Numbered from the stretch's first letter, positions 50,501 to 62,559 are shown. The stretch: DNA of 64,000 bases from Lingula anatina (GCA_051362555.1 CM120641.1:44832401-44896400), one strand, 5' to 3'. Numbers and translations are program-made. Notes: generated by a model from the sequence alone, not told the origin.

Positions 50501-53500
50501 TTTACCGCGGGGTTTCTCCATCCACCAGAAGCACTCTCTTTCAAAATTCTCTTGCTTTCCTCGCTCATCCGTTTTCTCACGACTTTCTTTCTTCCCATGA
50601 CTGTGTATATAACTGTGGTCTGCTTAGCTGACGTAAGACTTATGAGCTGCCAGGGCACGCGTAACAGCTTAAGAAGTAAGACAACCATTCTTGCTCCGCC
50701 CCCATAGTAACGGTGCTTGACAACGGAGGCGGAGCCTAAAGCCTGCCACCCGTACCAGTCAGGACAGGTAGAAAAACTCGTCCAAATGTATATTTTTAGT
50801 CCGTGTTTCACAAATATAACTTAATTGAGTATTAGATACAAAATTGATTATTTCAAACGTATAAAAAACTAAAAATCGAGTTTTAGACGTATTTTTAATA
50901 TCCTAGACCCCTTAAAATGCCCATGTTTTAAATTAAATGCACTTCATTAAAAATTTATTTGAAAATTCCATGTTTAGAGCACTCCAATTCAAGTTATGAT
51001 AACACACACGCACGCACATGCACATACACACATGCAGGTGTTCCTAACCTCTGCAGTCTATAGCCCTGCATCTGTAGAAACTTGAGCAGCTCCTGGGCTC
51101 TCTCTCTGTGGGGCCTCTTCTCTTTGTCTGTCAGGATGTCAAAGGGAACAACTTGCTGGTGAATACCGCCACCTGGAGGGAAATATGGTTCAAAACTGAT
51201 GAAATTGTAATATTATTTAATTAATCATGAGAGAATTATTAGGTATTTGATCAGCAAAGGTATGTAATCAAAATGTAAAATGATAATGTACTGAATATAT
51301 ATCCTGGATTTTAGAGTAAATATACAATAAAATAAAGAATTCAATTTTAAATGATCAAATGTTAATGAAATCTCAAGTTGTTTTAAATATGACATCTTTT
51401 AAGAAGCTTTAAAACATGCTTGAGTTATAATGAGAGTTTGACTTTCCAAATGAGTGCACTTTTTGGTAAGCCAGAATGTATAAACTTTTAATAACGAGTA
51501 AAAATGGCTCCACACCAATAGCATCTAATTCATCTTTCTTCTTTCTTGCCCAGACATCATGTGAGTTGGATGCCAGCCTCTCCGCCATATTTTGCATCTC
51601 TCTGGTCAAGGTCAAATTACGTAGGTCAACAGGACGAGGGTTGTAATTCTGGGAGTCCTACAATAAAATATCAGATGCTTTTAAGAAATATAAAAGATTT
51701 AATAGTTTTTTCCTACCGTAAAATATCACTCACATATTTATAATCTGTATCAAATAAAACCATGGCAATACCATCTTTTATAAGGTTATTCAATTTCCAA
51801 GGCATTCATTAAATTCCGACCATTAACTAAACTAAATAAACTCAGGGCTTTACTAAATATATCTAATCTAATATTCACACTGATGTACATCTTTCACCTT
51901 TAATGTTAAATAAACATAATTTAGTTGCCTACTGACCACAGAGACCCGGGATCCTCTCCTCTTGAGGCTGCCACCAGAAGTCAGGCGGTTCTGATCTACA
52001 TCCAACGTCCAGCCCCATGCCAACATGGCGCGCATGCTCTCACGCACTGGCTCCAGACATCTGACAGAATCCTAAGATTTGAGAAAGAATTACTTAATAG
52101 ATACTGTCAACTAGAAATATTGAAGATTCATGTTAAATTTCAAAAGCAAGTTTATAAAATACAAAGAAATCCAGCTGAAAGCATATTAATTGAATGATAT
52201 ATAGGAGTCAAAATTGGAAATATTTTTCAGTCTAGAAGGAATTAATCAGCAAAGTTAAACTGGCATCTAAAGAGCATGTGGTAAAGGGGATACTTTGCAG
52301 ACTAAAATACCTCAACTTGAAACACTGAATGTTGAGCAGGTAGAATTTAAAGATGACAAAAATAAGCACAACAGATTAGGGGAAAAAGAACATTATTTTC
52401 ACTTTGTTCTAAAAATACAAATGTTTTTTAAATTTTGCAAATAAGAGGAGAGAGAGAATTAGTTATTTGATTTTAAGACCAATGATTTCAGATAAATGTC
52501 TCAGTGTAAAGGAGCTAGTATACATATTCATTTCTACAACAGTAGATGGAGAAAACAAAAGAACCAGTCGATGAGCTCACCACTAAGGTGCATGTAACAT
52601 ATCCACTTGTCCTTCTCAAACAGCTACCAGTATAAATATATCACATGCACCTCACTAACTCTTATTGCACCTATTCTATCTTATAACCATGTACAGTATT
52701 ACCTTGTTGTTCAACATAGAGAATGGTTTGAGATTTGGATGTATTTTGTTATCCTCATCATAGGCTGGCCCATACACCCAACTTTGATCAAACTGCACAG
52801 CCAGGCAGGCAGGGAGGAAGGAAGGAAGAGAAGACCACAGAGTTTAAGTTCAAAGTAGACAAAAACTTGAAGCAAAAAGCAAGAGGTACAGGAGTAACTA
52901 AGTATTTCTGATGGAATATTTGTCTTCTTGAAAGGTATAAGCTAGGTGACTGAAATATATGAATCAATGATGTGATCTACACTATATATTAAATTATTCA
53001 ATGAAATAAACATACTGTGTATAAATATCTAAATAAAATGTAAATGTGGTTAATCTTTACAAAATAAAACTGTAAGTTCTCCAGCAAATTCTTCTGGTAA
53101 TACAGATTATAGTAAAAGCAGACAATGTAACACACCTTCTTTACGGCCCATGAGTCATGGTAGTGCTCAGCAAACTTCCTGGCCACAGACTCCAGAGGAG
53201 ATGAAAGTGATATTCTAGAGAAAACAAAACATCAAATAAACCAATCAGCGTACAATGACCTTTATGCTTAGATATGAAGGTTTTTATATACCTGCTTACA
53301 ATATACAACCTCAACTTATCAACCAATTATCATTACCAATTCTGCCTAAACCCTGATAGCAGACTGAATATAACACTGACTTTTGAATAAATTTTCAAAT
53401 TGTTCAAACTTCTTTGGGTCTCTCATAGTGAAAGGCAGTTCCTCCAAAACCTTTGGAGCATATATCAAATGCCAAATTCTCACAGTCACCTTGTAGTTTC

Positions 53501-56500
53501 TACTGGTTGGGGGTTGTACATCCCATCTGTATCCAATGATGCATCCTTAAGCCACGGCTCATCTTGATTGGACAGGGAGTAGTCAGGTGACAGGGCACAG
53601 CCAATGGCTGACAGGCATGGAAGAGCTTTTGAAAACAATTCTGGATCATATGCCTGAAATTAATGTGATAAGACAATGAGAAAAAGAAAGAAAAAAACTT
53701 TGATAAGTTTGGAGAAAACTGTTACTCGTTTGGTTAGATTGGCATAATTCAATTTTTTTTGCAGTCCCTTGATTTTCTGAATTTCTAGTTATTTATGTGA
53801 TGAATTATATGCTAGCTTATGTATAAATTTAATACTTTTTATTTTCAACATAAAGATACTTGATTCTCAAGTGCAACTTATATTTTTCTTAATTTTATAT
53901 ATTTTATTTATAGATACAATACATTATTTTCCTTTTTTCCTTTTACTCATTATCTGTATGATACAGAGAGATATCATTTGTGCTTTATCAGTTCTATTAA
54001 CAGGTAAAATATAAGTGATAAAACCATTACTACTACCATTACGTCATCTTACCCGCTGTGCCAATGAATCAAAGATCAAAGTAAACAGCATCATGGTGAG
54101 TTTCTTTTCCTCCTCTGTTGCTGCACCCCAGCTGCCCCAGCCGCCAGTGCCATAGTAACGACCACAGCGCTCATAGTGGTGGGTCAAAACCTTATGATCA
54201 GAAAATTACAAATGAGTATTAATAATAGTACCCATATGATTTTAGGAAAATATGTCCATTCAATACTGAAAATATTACCAACATAATAACTGCAAATATT
54301 TTGCTTGATTTTTATCATTTCAAAGATCTTGAATTCCTACTAATAATTATGTGTCTGAAACATAAAATATTGTTCAGTCTACATACCCTCAATGGTACCA
54401 CTGTGTTTTCATTTAATCCTGGCAAGTCAATAGTCAGCTTTCTCAAAAGTTTGGTCATCATGGGTGGTCTCAAGTGACTGGAATTTTAAATTATGTATAT
54501 GCTTATAAAGCCAATTAAATCTCTGAGCTGCATGCCTAAGAAGCAATCATTTTATATAATTTTTCCTTGTCGCTCAGTGCATGTAAACAGGAGAACATGG
54601 AGCAGTGTATTTAAAAATCAAGAGCAACATTCAAGTTCTATCTTCACTACTTTCACCTTATATGTAAGATTTAAAGAAATCACACATGACAAACTCCACC
54701 ACTAATTTACCCAGTCAAAGACACCAAGAACTCTGTGACAAGGTCTTTCTGGTTCTTGGTGAGAGATCGACACTTGGACAGCCTGTATGTTGTGTGCAGT
54801 GTGGAGTCCAGTAAGGAAGACACGTGGTCAGCATCATCAAAGAAGTGGGCGTAGGCAGTCAGCAGTGGTAGGACAGAGTTACATAGATATCTGTTCAACG
54901 CCAAAGCCATATCACTGTCAGAAGCAGCAGCCTGGCAAAGAAAAAAGATAAAAAATAAAAAAATAAAAACAATATGACCAAAAAGTCTCTTTGTGTATTT
55001 TGATGAAACTGGCACCAGTTTGCTTCATCAAGCAAAACCCTTTGATTCTTGTCTTTCTGTCTAAAAATTTCAAATCCAGAGCACTAGAATAAATTTATAT
55101 TACATTTGACAGGGGAAATGTGTTTTGCATTTACATGGCAATAAATATTATAGTAGCATCTAACAATACATTATGGATAATAATCTTTGTTTTACAGGTG
55201 TTCAATATGAAGGTAGAAATGGCACACTTATCTGCCTATTCACAGCACTAGAACTAACTTGCTGCACTTTTGTTCTCACAGTCTCATATTTAAAATCTGA
55301 TATAAAATTTTAAAACCATCCATACCGTGTCCAGTGTTGTAGCAGCTCTGAGATCAGGCAAGAAGCCATCCTCCAGGAGTCTGAAGAAGGTGGACTGGTC
55401 TGGTATGCCATAGACTCTCTCTAAGAACTGTACCACTGCAGACTTGTGCTGGGGGAGCAACCCTGGGGGAAGACTGCCCTCGCTCTGCTTAGCCTCACCA
55501 TCTACAGAGAAATTAGATGAAAAATTTCTATATGCTCCCTCTGCTGCCCAATGTGTTTTGCTAAACTTCCCAAGTATTATGAAAAATAATCCCAACTCAA
55601 AGTGCCCACAAACATATATTGTTGCATCACCATTCTATTCTTCTATGTTTATCAGATAGACACACAATAAACACATCCCCATAATATGATGATTTTGAAA
55701 CATTCTTTAAAATTTGTTTTCAAATAAATCCGACATAATGAATACTAACCATCAGACTGACTTGTAATAGGCAGAATAAACTTCAAGCCCAGAACACCTT
55801 CCAGGTCCTCAACTGACACCAAGCTTCTCAAGATGGCGCGTGCTCTCAGTGAATCACTGCGACCAGATTTAATAATCTCTGCATCTGGAGCACAGCGCCC
55901 CAGGAGGTCAACCAAGGCGGAGTAGAAATCCAAGATGGCTCCTCCCATGTCTATATAATCCTCGTCATCTTCAGGTGGCAGAGTTGAGAAGTCATATTTA
56001 CTGAAAAATTTGTAAAAAAGATTTTTACTATAAATAAATATCAATAATTTCTCTAGTTTTGCTTGCTTTATTAAATAAACTTTTTTCTTTATCTATATAT
56101 CAGAGAGTCCAATATCTACTCATAAAAAATAGCTCCTTCAAAAAGTCTGAAACACTGTTGGTATGCTTAGGCATGACAGAGGCAACTGAGGTTTTAAAAA
56201 CTGAAGCAACATATTAGATGTATTGGGTGGATAAAAAATGTCCTGACCCAAAAATTTCAACACCTCTAATATTCTATTCACTATCTCTGTTTTAATTAGG
56301 CCTCCCTGAATTTAACTCCATGTCATGGTTTTGATCCATAAGTTTTATAACTTTATATTTACACCACAGTTCTCAATAAACAAATAATAAAGTGAAAATG
56401 CAATTATAATGTCTAGCCATTTGTAAAGCGTCACCTACAGTCTCAAAAAATATGACCAATCTTTCCTTGATTGTCACTGAACATAGATCTGCAGAAATTC

Positions 56501-59500
56501 ATTGATTTTGAGTAAAATGGAAAACTGAAGAATAAGACATTCTTTATCCACCCATCTTTGGGTATTTCTGAGAGTACATCTAGGTTTAGGAAGTTTCATT
56601 TACAGCTTGAATAAGTCTACAATAATGAAGTATGGATGTAAAAAGATGTAACCTGTTCATTATAAAGATTACGTAATTCTGGGTCTTTATGAACTTCAAA
56701 TAACAAGCAAAATGTGGTTTTGAAATAGTGGTCAAAGGACAGGTTAGAGATTTGATAATTTTCTATTTTTCTTTTGGATTTTTAGGCAACAGCCAATAAG
56801 GAACTTAGATTTTTAACTACAATGGTTGGCAGACTAAAAGAGTCTTCTAACAATTTAAAAAAACATATATTCATTCAAACCTAGCAAAAAGGTTATTAGG
56901 GATAAGTAAAAAAACACCCTTAGCAGTAAAGCCACACCCACTACATAAAGTTTGAATGTGAATTAATAAAGCTGTGATTTTTTAAAACTTTTACTAAGAT
57001 AGTCTCTTGTGAAGTGTAAATGTATGTTCAGTAAACAAACCAAGACAGTTCAATCAATGTATTTAACAAAAGATTCCTGTTTTCATTAGTTAAACATTTA
57101 ATAAAAATCTAAAAAAATACATGAAGAAAATGATGAAATCATAATATATTATGAGGTTTTTTCACCATTTTCGTAGATTTAAAATAGAAACAGATGTAAG
57201 TGTGATTCCTTCCCCTGTGAGATTAAAATTACACCATTTTAAAAAACATTTTTATAAAGCAAAACTGTTATTTCACACAAACAATATGGATAAATACAGC
57301 TGATTAATAGCCCCACTCTCCATATTAGGGATACAGACTTGTATTAAAAAGAGCCAACAAATTATAAACATTAATCTTCATACCCAACACCAACAAACAT
57401 TCTATTACAGAGCACTATAGCATCAAAATGCCAACGCTACTGTTCTGGCTTCATTACACTACTTACACTCCATCATGGGTTAGAAATATATGCCTGTTTT
57501 TCTCCTCACTGCAAAGAAATATGTCATGTTTTGTTTTCAGTTACAGTGCACAACACAACATAGCCTATCATTCAACTACTGTACACAGATAATGCCACCA
57601 GTTTCAATCCAAAGTCTTACTATCACTACACTTCTTCTATAAGAAGAGTTTCTATTTAGTCCATGTGTATGTTAAAGAACTTCAATGTAAATAGCTGAAT
57701 TTGATTTTCATACTTACCTGCACGTGACAATCAGTACAATTTTAATCACATTTTGGCAACAATGAATCAAATAGGTAGAAATACCCAAAAACTTTGGAGA
57801 AACTGGTACCAATAATCTGTAGAAAACTACATCAAAACAGTGCATTTAGTTGGGAGGGAACACTGCCTATCAAGCACTACGTAATTTCTAGGAATAATTC
57901 TTGTAAATATAAATTCAATCAACATTCAGACATTAACACAACAAATCACAATTTAACAAATATGGGCTTTTAAAGATAAATACACAAAAATGTTCTATAG
58001 GCATGACTAAAACAATACAATGCATTACATTTGGGAAATTTAAACAATGAACATAACAGTGCTTTCTTGATACCAATAAATAGGTTGAAATCTCTATTAA
58101 AATTATAGTTAATGGATTTAAGAGATAAGAAATAGAAAAAAGAGTAAAAAATAGCAAATTATCACCTTCTTGTTCTTAAAATGTTCATACGTATGCTTTT
58201 GAGAGGAAAAACAGAAATGTAATTAATTTTTTTCTGTTCTTAATGATCATGGCTTACAAAGAAAGGAAATAATTTTTCTTTAACAGGGAAAAAATGGAAA
58301 CAATGTTTGAAAATATCTGAAAAAGTTATAAATCATATTTTAATTAAGTTCAGAAAGACAGGCCTGTCACTTGATTATGGCTTCACCAATTTCCACTGAC
58401 ATATTTCATCATCATACTTTGGTTTATTAAATCATATCCTTTAATGAAATGGATCATGAAAGCACTCAACAATCACAACAATTAACAATGAACTTTATGG
58501 ACCAATGTACTATTACAAAAACAGCAGACATTTTCCCAATTTTCGCACCACATAAATTAGATTAGAAGCAAACTGTTATGAGACAAAGTCCATTTCTGAT
58601 CCATCAGGCCATTCAACTACAGTACTGGGAATGGTTTCACAATGGAACTCAAGACCTGAAGTCTATCTCAACTTCAAAGCCAACAATTTCATTCTACTTC
58701 TTCAGTGCAAGATAAATTTTTAATAGTCTGCTAAAATTAGGTAAATACTGGTCTAAAAATATAAACCATTTTTTACTTGTGAATTCAAATAGACTACTAC
58801 TGATCAATTTACCCTAATAGGAGACAACTTTTATTCTTAAAGCTAAGACCAATTTTTTGTCTTTTTGAGAAACCAGTCCCTGTGCAGCACTTTATAAGCA
58901 AATCAGTCACATCTTATCACAGTCTTTTTCAAAAAAAAAAAAAAAAAAAAAATCATCCCCATACCTCTGTCTCAAGAATTCTGTGTCATTGTCATCATTA
59001 ATGGCTGCCAGAAAACCTGAAGACATGCTGTCCCTAGAGGCAGCGATCTGTTCCGACATTCTGATTCCATCTTTCATTGCCTTCAGTAGACCTCCGCCTT
59101 CACCTCTCAGTGCAGGCCCCAGGCATTCTGGACGTCTGATCAGCAGACGTACAACAAGGTTGGAATTCTCTTCCACACTTTCACCTGAAATGTAATAACA
59201 TTAATTTTTCAATATTACATATTTGATGATGTTTACTAATGTACTTATATTGAGTAAACCCCCCACACACACACACACACACACACACCTACACAAATAA
59301 ATATGTACATTATAAATCAATAATATAAAATATAGACATATACACATAAATTCAAACAATTTCCTTACCATTCACCCACACACAGAAGCGCAGGAAGTCC
59401 AGAAACCTCTCTCCTTCCACAGGGTCCCAGCCAATGTCTGGGTATCCCTTGACCAGCAGCTCTGAGTTGGACTGGACCCCGGCTCTGGACAGGTAAACGG

Positions 59501-59608
59501 CCACCTTCTCCAGGTGGGACTCTCTGAGGGCCAGGGCCAGCTCATTGTTGTCCATCATGGAGGAGTAAGCCACGTCCAGAGGACAGGAGCCTCGGAGAGA
59601 TGGATGAG
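15883..59608 (-). CDS. RyR: Ryanodine receptor (Ca2+ release channel), 3' portion; the gene continues beyond the right edge of the window
   Basis: In-frame GT-AG exons, 5' to 3': 59369-59608, 58965-59184, 55750-56000, 55326-55501, 54711-54931, 54387-54477, 54053-54190, 53490-53653, 53136-53214, 52703-52792, 51937-52071, 51516-51657, 51049-51172, 47234-47498, 46758-46879, 46375-46485, 45635-45873, 45227-45308, 44925-44951, 43386-43537, 42966-43101, 42306-42359, 41774-41889, 41171-41349, 40622-40780, 40117-40413, 36710-36769, 36360-36503, 35953-36065, 35594-35687, 35083-35244, 34545-34610, 34091-34190, 33740-33819, 33388-33464, 33069-33223, 32498-32586, 31913-32041, 31122-31226, 30735-30816, 30391-30461, 29871-29936, [one of three 80-nt exons], 25391-25552, 24600-24756, 24252-24350, 23729-23832, 23184-23384, 22651-22890, 22120-22320, 21756-21861, 21473-21559, 20627-20854, 19996-20169, 19494-19685, 18979-19125, 18494-18625, 18131-18179, 17824-17931, 17450-17514, 16892-16992, 16581-16632, 15883-15984. 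Hallmarks: pore [13 protein letters not shown]-associated [12 protein letters not shown], CaM-binding [18 protein letters not shown], Zn finger KCFICG, C-terminus [23 protein letters not shown]. Confidence 0.98.
16222..16469. repeat. Interspersed repeat, inverted relative to the copy at 63574-63820
   Basis: About 250 bp of recognisable reverse-complement similarity, e.g. gacaagctcagatatcagaataa / ttattctgatatctgagcttgtc. Confidence 0.85.
19200..19318. repeat. Near-perfect 61-bp tandem duplication in an intron
   Basis: aaataccataaatatgtttgtactacaaaatgttattctgtaaactaaattgtatttt occurs twice. Confidence 0.9.
21865..21970. repeat. (TATAA)n pentanucleotide microsatellite
   Basis: Directly visible; abuts the RyR acceptor at 21862-21863. 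Confidence 0.97.
25121..25186. repeat. (AT)n microsatellite
   Basis: Directly visible. Confidence 0.97.
27307..27386 (-). CDS. RyR: RyR EF-hand-1 mutually exclusive exon c ([27 protein letters not shown])
   Basis: 80 nt, acceptor cttcacag, donor gtaagc, phase 0-2. Confidence 0.9.
28172..28251 (-). CDS. RyR: RyR EF-hand-1 mutually exclusive exon b ([27 protein letters not shown])
   Basis: 80 nt, acceptor cttactag, donor gtttgt, phase 0-2; TACTAAC at 28324-28330. Confidence 0.9.
28891..28970 (-). CDS. RyR: RyR EF-hand-1 mutually exclusive exon a ([27 protein letters not shown])
   Basis: 80 nt, acceptor atttcag, donor gtgtgt, phase 0-2; TACTAAC branch motif at 29009-29015. Confidence 0.88.
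31230..31288. repeat. (AAT)n microsatellite
   Basis: Directly visible; abuts the RyR acceptor at 31227-31228. Confidence 0.95.
32643..32822. mobile_element. Degenerate MITE-like element with an inverted ttagccaaat/atttggctaa core
   Basis: Inverted motifs; related pieces at about 9461-9895 (interrupted by MITE copy 1) and about 43900. Confidence 0.4.
35479..35552. repeat. (GT)n microsatellite
   Basis: Directly visible. Confidence 0.97.
38683..38721 (-). CDS. RyR: Candidate 39-nt RyR cassette exon ([13 protein letters not shown])
   Basis: Acceptor ttttgccttccag, donor gtaggg; phase 0-0 matches the flanks; open frame. Confidence 0.55.
42751..42899. mobile_element. 149-bp MITE, Harbinger-like with CTG target duplication
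   Basis: TIR GGCCCCGTATCTCAAAAGCAT / ATGCTTTCGAGATATGGGGCC; CTG on both flanks. Confidence 0.75.
49338..50911. mobile_element. Non-autonomous DNA transposon, Kolobok-like (1574 bp), in an RyR intron
   Basis: TTAA on both flanks (49334-49337, 50912-50915). Imperfect TIRs of about 35 bp: GGGATCTTGGATATTAA.. versus reverse-complemented GGGGTCTAGGATATTAA... Purine-purine termini plus a TTAA TSD fit Kolobok rather than piggyBac. The interior is CpG-rich. Confidence 0.75.
57467..57508 (-). CDS. RyR: Candidate 42-nt RyR cassette exon ([15 protein letters not shown])
   Basis: Acceptor tttctttgcag, donor gtaagt; phase 2-2 matches the flanking exons; no stop codon. Confidence 0.65.
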
Positions 59609-60650
59609 CTGAAAAGTTTGATAAATATATCTGAATACTGAAAAATACAAGGCAGCAAAGCTGTCAAATGTACCGACAAAAAGAAAATAATGATGCACAA
59701 AATACATTTCTGTCAAAACTTCAACTGATCAAGCCAAATTACAAGATAAGACTTTTGAATCAATCCTGATAGTTTCAAAGCAAAATATTATATGGTTTTC
59801 ATTTTATTTCAATAAGGCTGGATAAAATATGCTGAAAAAAGCATAAAAAAACAAACAAACAAAAAAAACAGCATATCTAATCAGACCATTTTCGAACTTG
59901 ACCTGTATTTTATGAATATTCATCAATTCTGTTACTTTGAAGCCAAACAGTATAATCTTGTGATGAATTCAACTAATAAAGAAGGGATATTCCCCCATCT
60001 TGATGTGTTACCACATGCAAGCAATTACTGACCTGAGTTTTCACTTTTTTAAAAGTAATTATAAGTTCAAAATATTCAGCTCAGCAATGGCATGGTGGCA
60101 AATGGTTAAAGGAAAAAATAGAAGATAAAAAAAGAAATAGTAAAGACATCCCCAAAAGGCAACATTTTGATTCACTAAATTTTCAATGCTTTTGATACAA
60201 ATGACTAATTCTAAATTTGTGATAGTCCCTCTTCCTAAGCTCTTGTAAGGGAAAAATTTATTTTTGCAATAACAGTTCATTTAACTGCAACCTGTTGAGA
60301 AGCTATACTGTCATCAGTTCAATAATTATTTTCTGACCCTTATAGATAAGATTACCCCATTTATTTAACAACCCTATCAGTCTGGGTGATGTTTGTTCTG
60401 ATGAAGTTTAACTCAGGTGACAGGTATAGGGCTTCAAAATGACAAAGGTTTTTTAAAATACTATTTCTCATATAAACTGAGATTTGAAAAGTGAGTTACT
60501 ACATTTCATCTTTTGCAAAACCTAGCTTGTATGAGAACCGTGTGCCACAAAGAAACAATGGCGGCTCCACAGTTCCATATACAGTGCAACAGATAAAGGT
60601 GCTATAATAACACCATCAAAGTTAGGACATTGGCAGATACAGCAGGGACT

Positions 60651-62390
60651 ATGGCTGAGAGAGATGATGGTACAGTAGACCTTCACAACTGCCCAAAATG
60701 TAGACAATATATGACTGCACCAAGACTTCTGAGCTGTTGGCATCTTTTGTGTGAGAACTGTCTTGCTGATGCCATAGAGGGGAAGAAGCGTGGAGAAATC
60801 TTCCAGTGCTTTATGTGCAGTAGAAATGTCCCTGTGCCTTGGGAGTGCATGGCTGAATTTACAGTGCCTTTGTTCCTACAGTGTGAACCCATACCCTCCA
60901 CCACAGATGTCACATGTTATCACCATTATGAAGAGAAGGTGACCATGTACTGTAAGAAGTGTGACACAGCAATATGTCACTTGTGTGCCGTGACAGAGGA
61001 CTGTCACAAAGACCACCCCTGTGTCAGCCTCAGGATATCGTTTGCTGAATTGGACAGTAAAAAGAGACAACTTGGTAAACAAGTCTATAAACTGAGAGTA
61101 GAAATCAATGAGAAAAAAGATACCATTACCGAGCTTGACTGCCAGGAGAAAGAACTTACAGCAGAAGAGGAAGAGGCAGAAAGACAAATTGAGACTCGTT
61201 CCCAGCAGCTTATTGATGCTATAAACAGACAGAAAGAAGAAATGAAAAGTCAACTTTGTGCCAAAGTTAATGTTGAACAGCGCTTTCGTGCAAAGAGACG
61301 CCGTGATGTGATCAATTCAATAAATAGATTGGAAATGATAACAGAAATGGCTGTTCACTTGATGCAAAATGCAACACCCAAAGAATTGATGCTGCAGCAG
61401 AAGTCTCTCTCTTCTACTATGGCTAAACATGAAGCAGAGACAAAGAATATCATTTTCAAGAAAGATAAAGTTGTATATGTCTCTCGCAGTGATGCAAAGG
61501 CCAAGGACATTATTGGGAAAATATCTGGGGGAACAACTTTTCAAAGTGTAACTGGACTGAAACTAGTAGCAGAGTTTAGTACCAAGGATGGAGTAGATGA
61601 GTACACACCAGACGTAGAGGATCTGGCAGTTGACAATGCCATGAATATAGTTGTACCAGATAGGAGCAACAATAACTTGAAACTATTTGACAGCAGTGGT
61701 AGATTGGTGTCAATGTGGTCAGGTGCTGGTAGACATAAGTTAAGGTGTCCTACAGGTGTGTGCTGTACCAGTGGTGGAAATATAGCAATATGTAGCCCAG
61801 GCAATAAGAAAATATTGTTCTTAGATTCCCAGCAGAAGCTGAAGATAACTAGAATCATCAGAGATTTTAGCTGTGCAGGTGCTGTCTTTTCAAACGACCA
61901 TCTTGTGTGTACAGCAGGTGATGATAATTCAGCTTGTGTGGTGATATTTAATGCACGTGATGGTAGTGTAGTGAGAGAGATAAGGAAAGGCAAAGCTGGC
62001 AATGTGCTTTTTAGCTGGCCTCATGGGATAGCCTTGACCAGACAGGGTAATCTGGTTGTGACAGATATTGGAAAGCAGTGTGTCTATGTTCTGACCATAG
62101 AAGGGGAAGTATTACACAGGTATGGTAGGCAAGGGTCAGCTTCAGAGGGGGATGACTGTTTAGGTTCCCCATGGGGGGTGTGTGTTGACCAGTTTGGTCA
62201 CATACTGGTCACTGACAAGTTCAATGACCGTATCCACATGCTGTCCCCAAGGGCTGAGTTTATATGTCATGTGGTCACTAGAGGGAATGGTCTAGTAAGA
62301 CCCCTGGGTATTGTTTTAGACCAGGAGGGTCATCTTATTGTGTCTGAGGATGGGACTGGGAAAATTAAAGTTTTTGATTACCTAATTTAA
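60651..62390 (+). CDS. Intronless TRIM-NHL-type E3 ligase (RING, B-box2, coiled coil, NHL/beta-propeller), 579 aa, nested antisense in an RyR intron
   Basis: RING CPKC..CWHLLCENC..CFMC; B-box CYHH..YCKKCDTAICHLCAV..HKDH; long coiled coil; NHL-like repeats (PTGVC, WPHGIAL, SPWGVCVDQFGHILVTDKFNDRIH, RPLGIVLDQEGHLIVSE). First ATG at 60651, after an in-frame TAA at 60594. Confidence 0.93.
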   Translation: MAERDDGTVDLHNCPKCRQYMTAPRLLSCWHLLCENCLADAIEGKKRGEIFQCFMCSRNVPVPWECMAEFTVPLFLQCEPIPSTTDVTCYHHYEEKVTMYCKKCDTAICHLCAVTEDCHKDHPCVSLRISFAELDSKKRQLGKQVYKLRVEINEKKDTITELDCQEKELTAEEEEAERQIETRSQQLIDAINRQKEEMKSQLCAKVNVEQRFRAKRRRDVINSINRLEMITEMAVHLMQNATPKELMLQQKSLSSTMAKHEAETKNIIFKKDKVVYVSRSDAKAKDIIGKISGGTTFQSVTGLKLVAEFSTKDGVDEYTPDVEDLAVDNAMNIVVPDRSNNNLKLFDSSGRLVSMWSGAGRHKLRCPTGVCCTSGGNIAICSPGNKKILFLDSQQKLKITRIIRDFSCAGAVFSNDHLVCTAGDDNSACVVIFNARDGSVVREIRKGKAGNVLFSWPHGIALTRQGNLVVTDIGKQCVYVLTIEGEVLHRYGRQGSASEGDDCLGSPWGVCVDQFGHILVTDKFNDRIHMLSPRAEFICHVVTRGNGLVRPLGIVLDQEGHLIVSEDGTGKIKVFDYLI

Positions 62391-62514
62391 GACCAGTTAT
62401 GAATATATATTAGATTCTCTTTGCATCAAGTGGTACAGTTTTCTGTATGGTGCCAATCTATCTGGTCCTTAAGTGTAATAATGATACAGAGTAGTGGGAG
62501 GTTAACTCCCTTTC

Positions 62515-62558
<44 letters not shown>
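62515..62558. repeat. (AAT)n microsatellite downstream of the TRIM stop codon
   Basis: Directly visible. Confidence 0.95.

Positions 62559-62559
<1 letters not shown>

Noticed and set aside
52581-52623. 43-nt exon-like unit with a gtgagc donor
   Set aside because: Frameshifting, weak acceptor, and no similarity to neighbouring exons, so not an MXE. At most a poison exon.
45056-58174. Two 9-nt aag/GT micro-exon-like strings (about 45056-45064 and 58166-58174)
   Set aside because: AAG acceptors with poor pyrimidine tracts; expected by chance in AT-rich introns.
60683-62002. Several minus-strand ORFs
   Set aside because: Antisense shadows of the TRIM ORF; not RyR-like.
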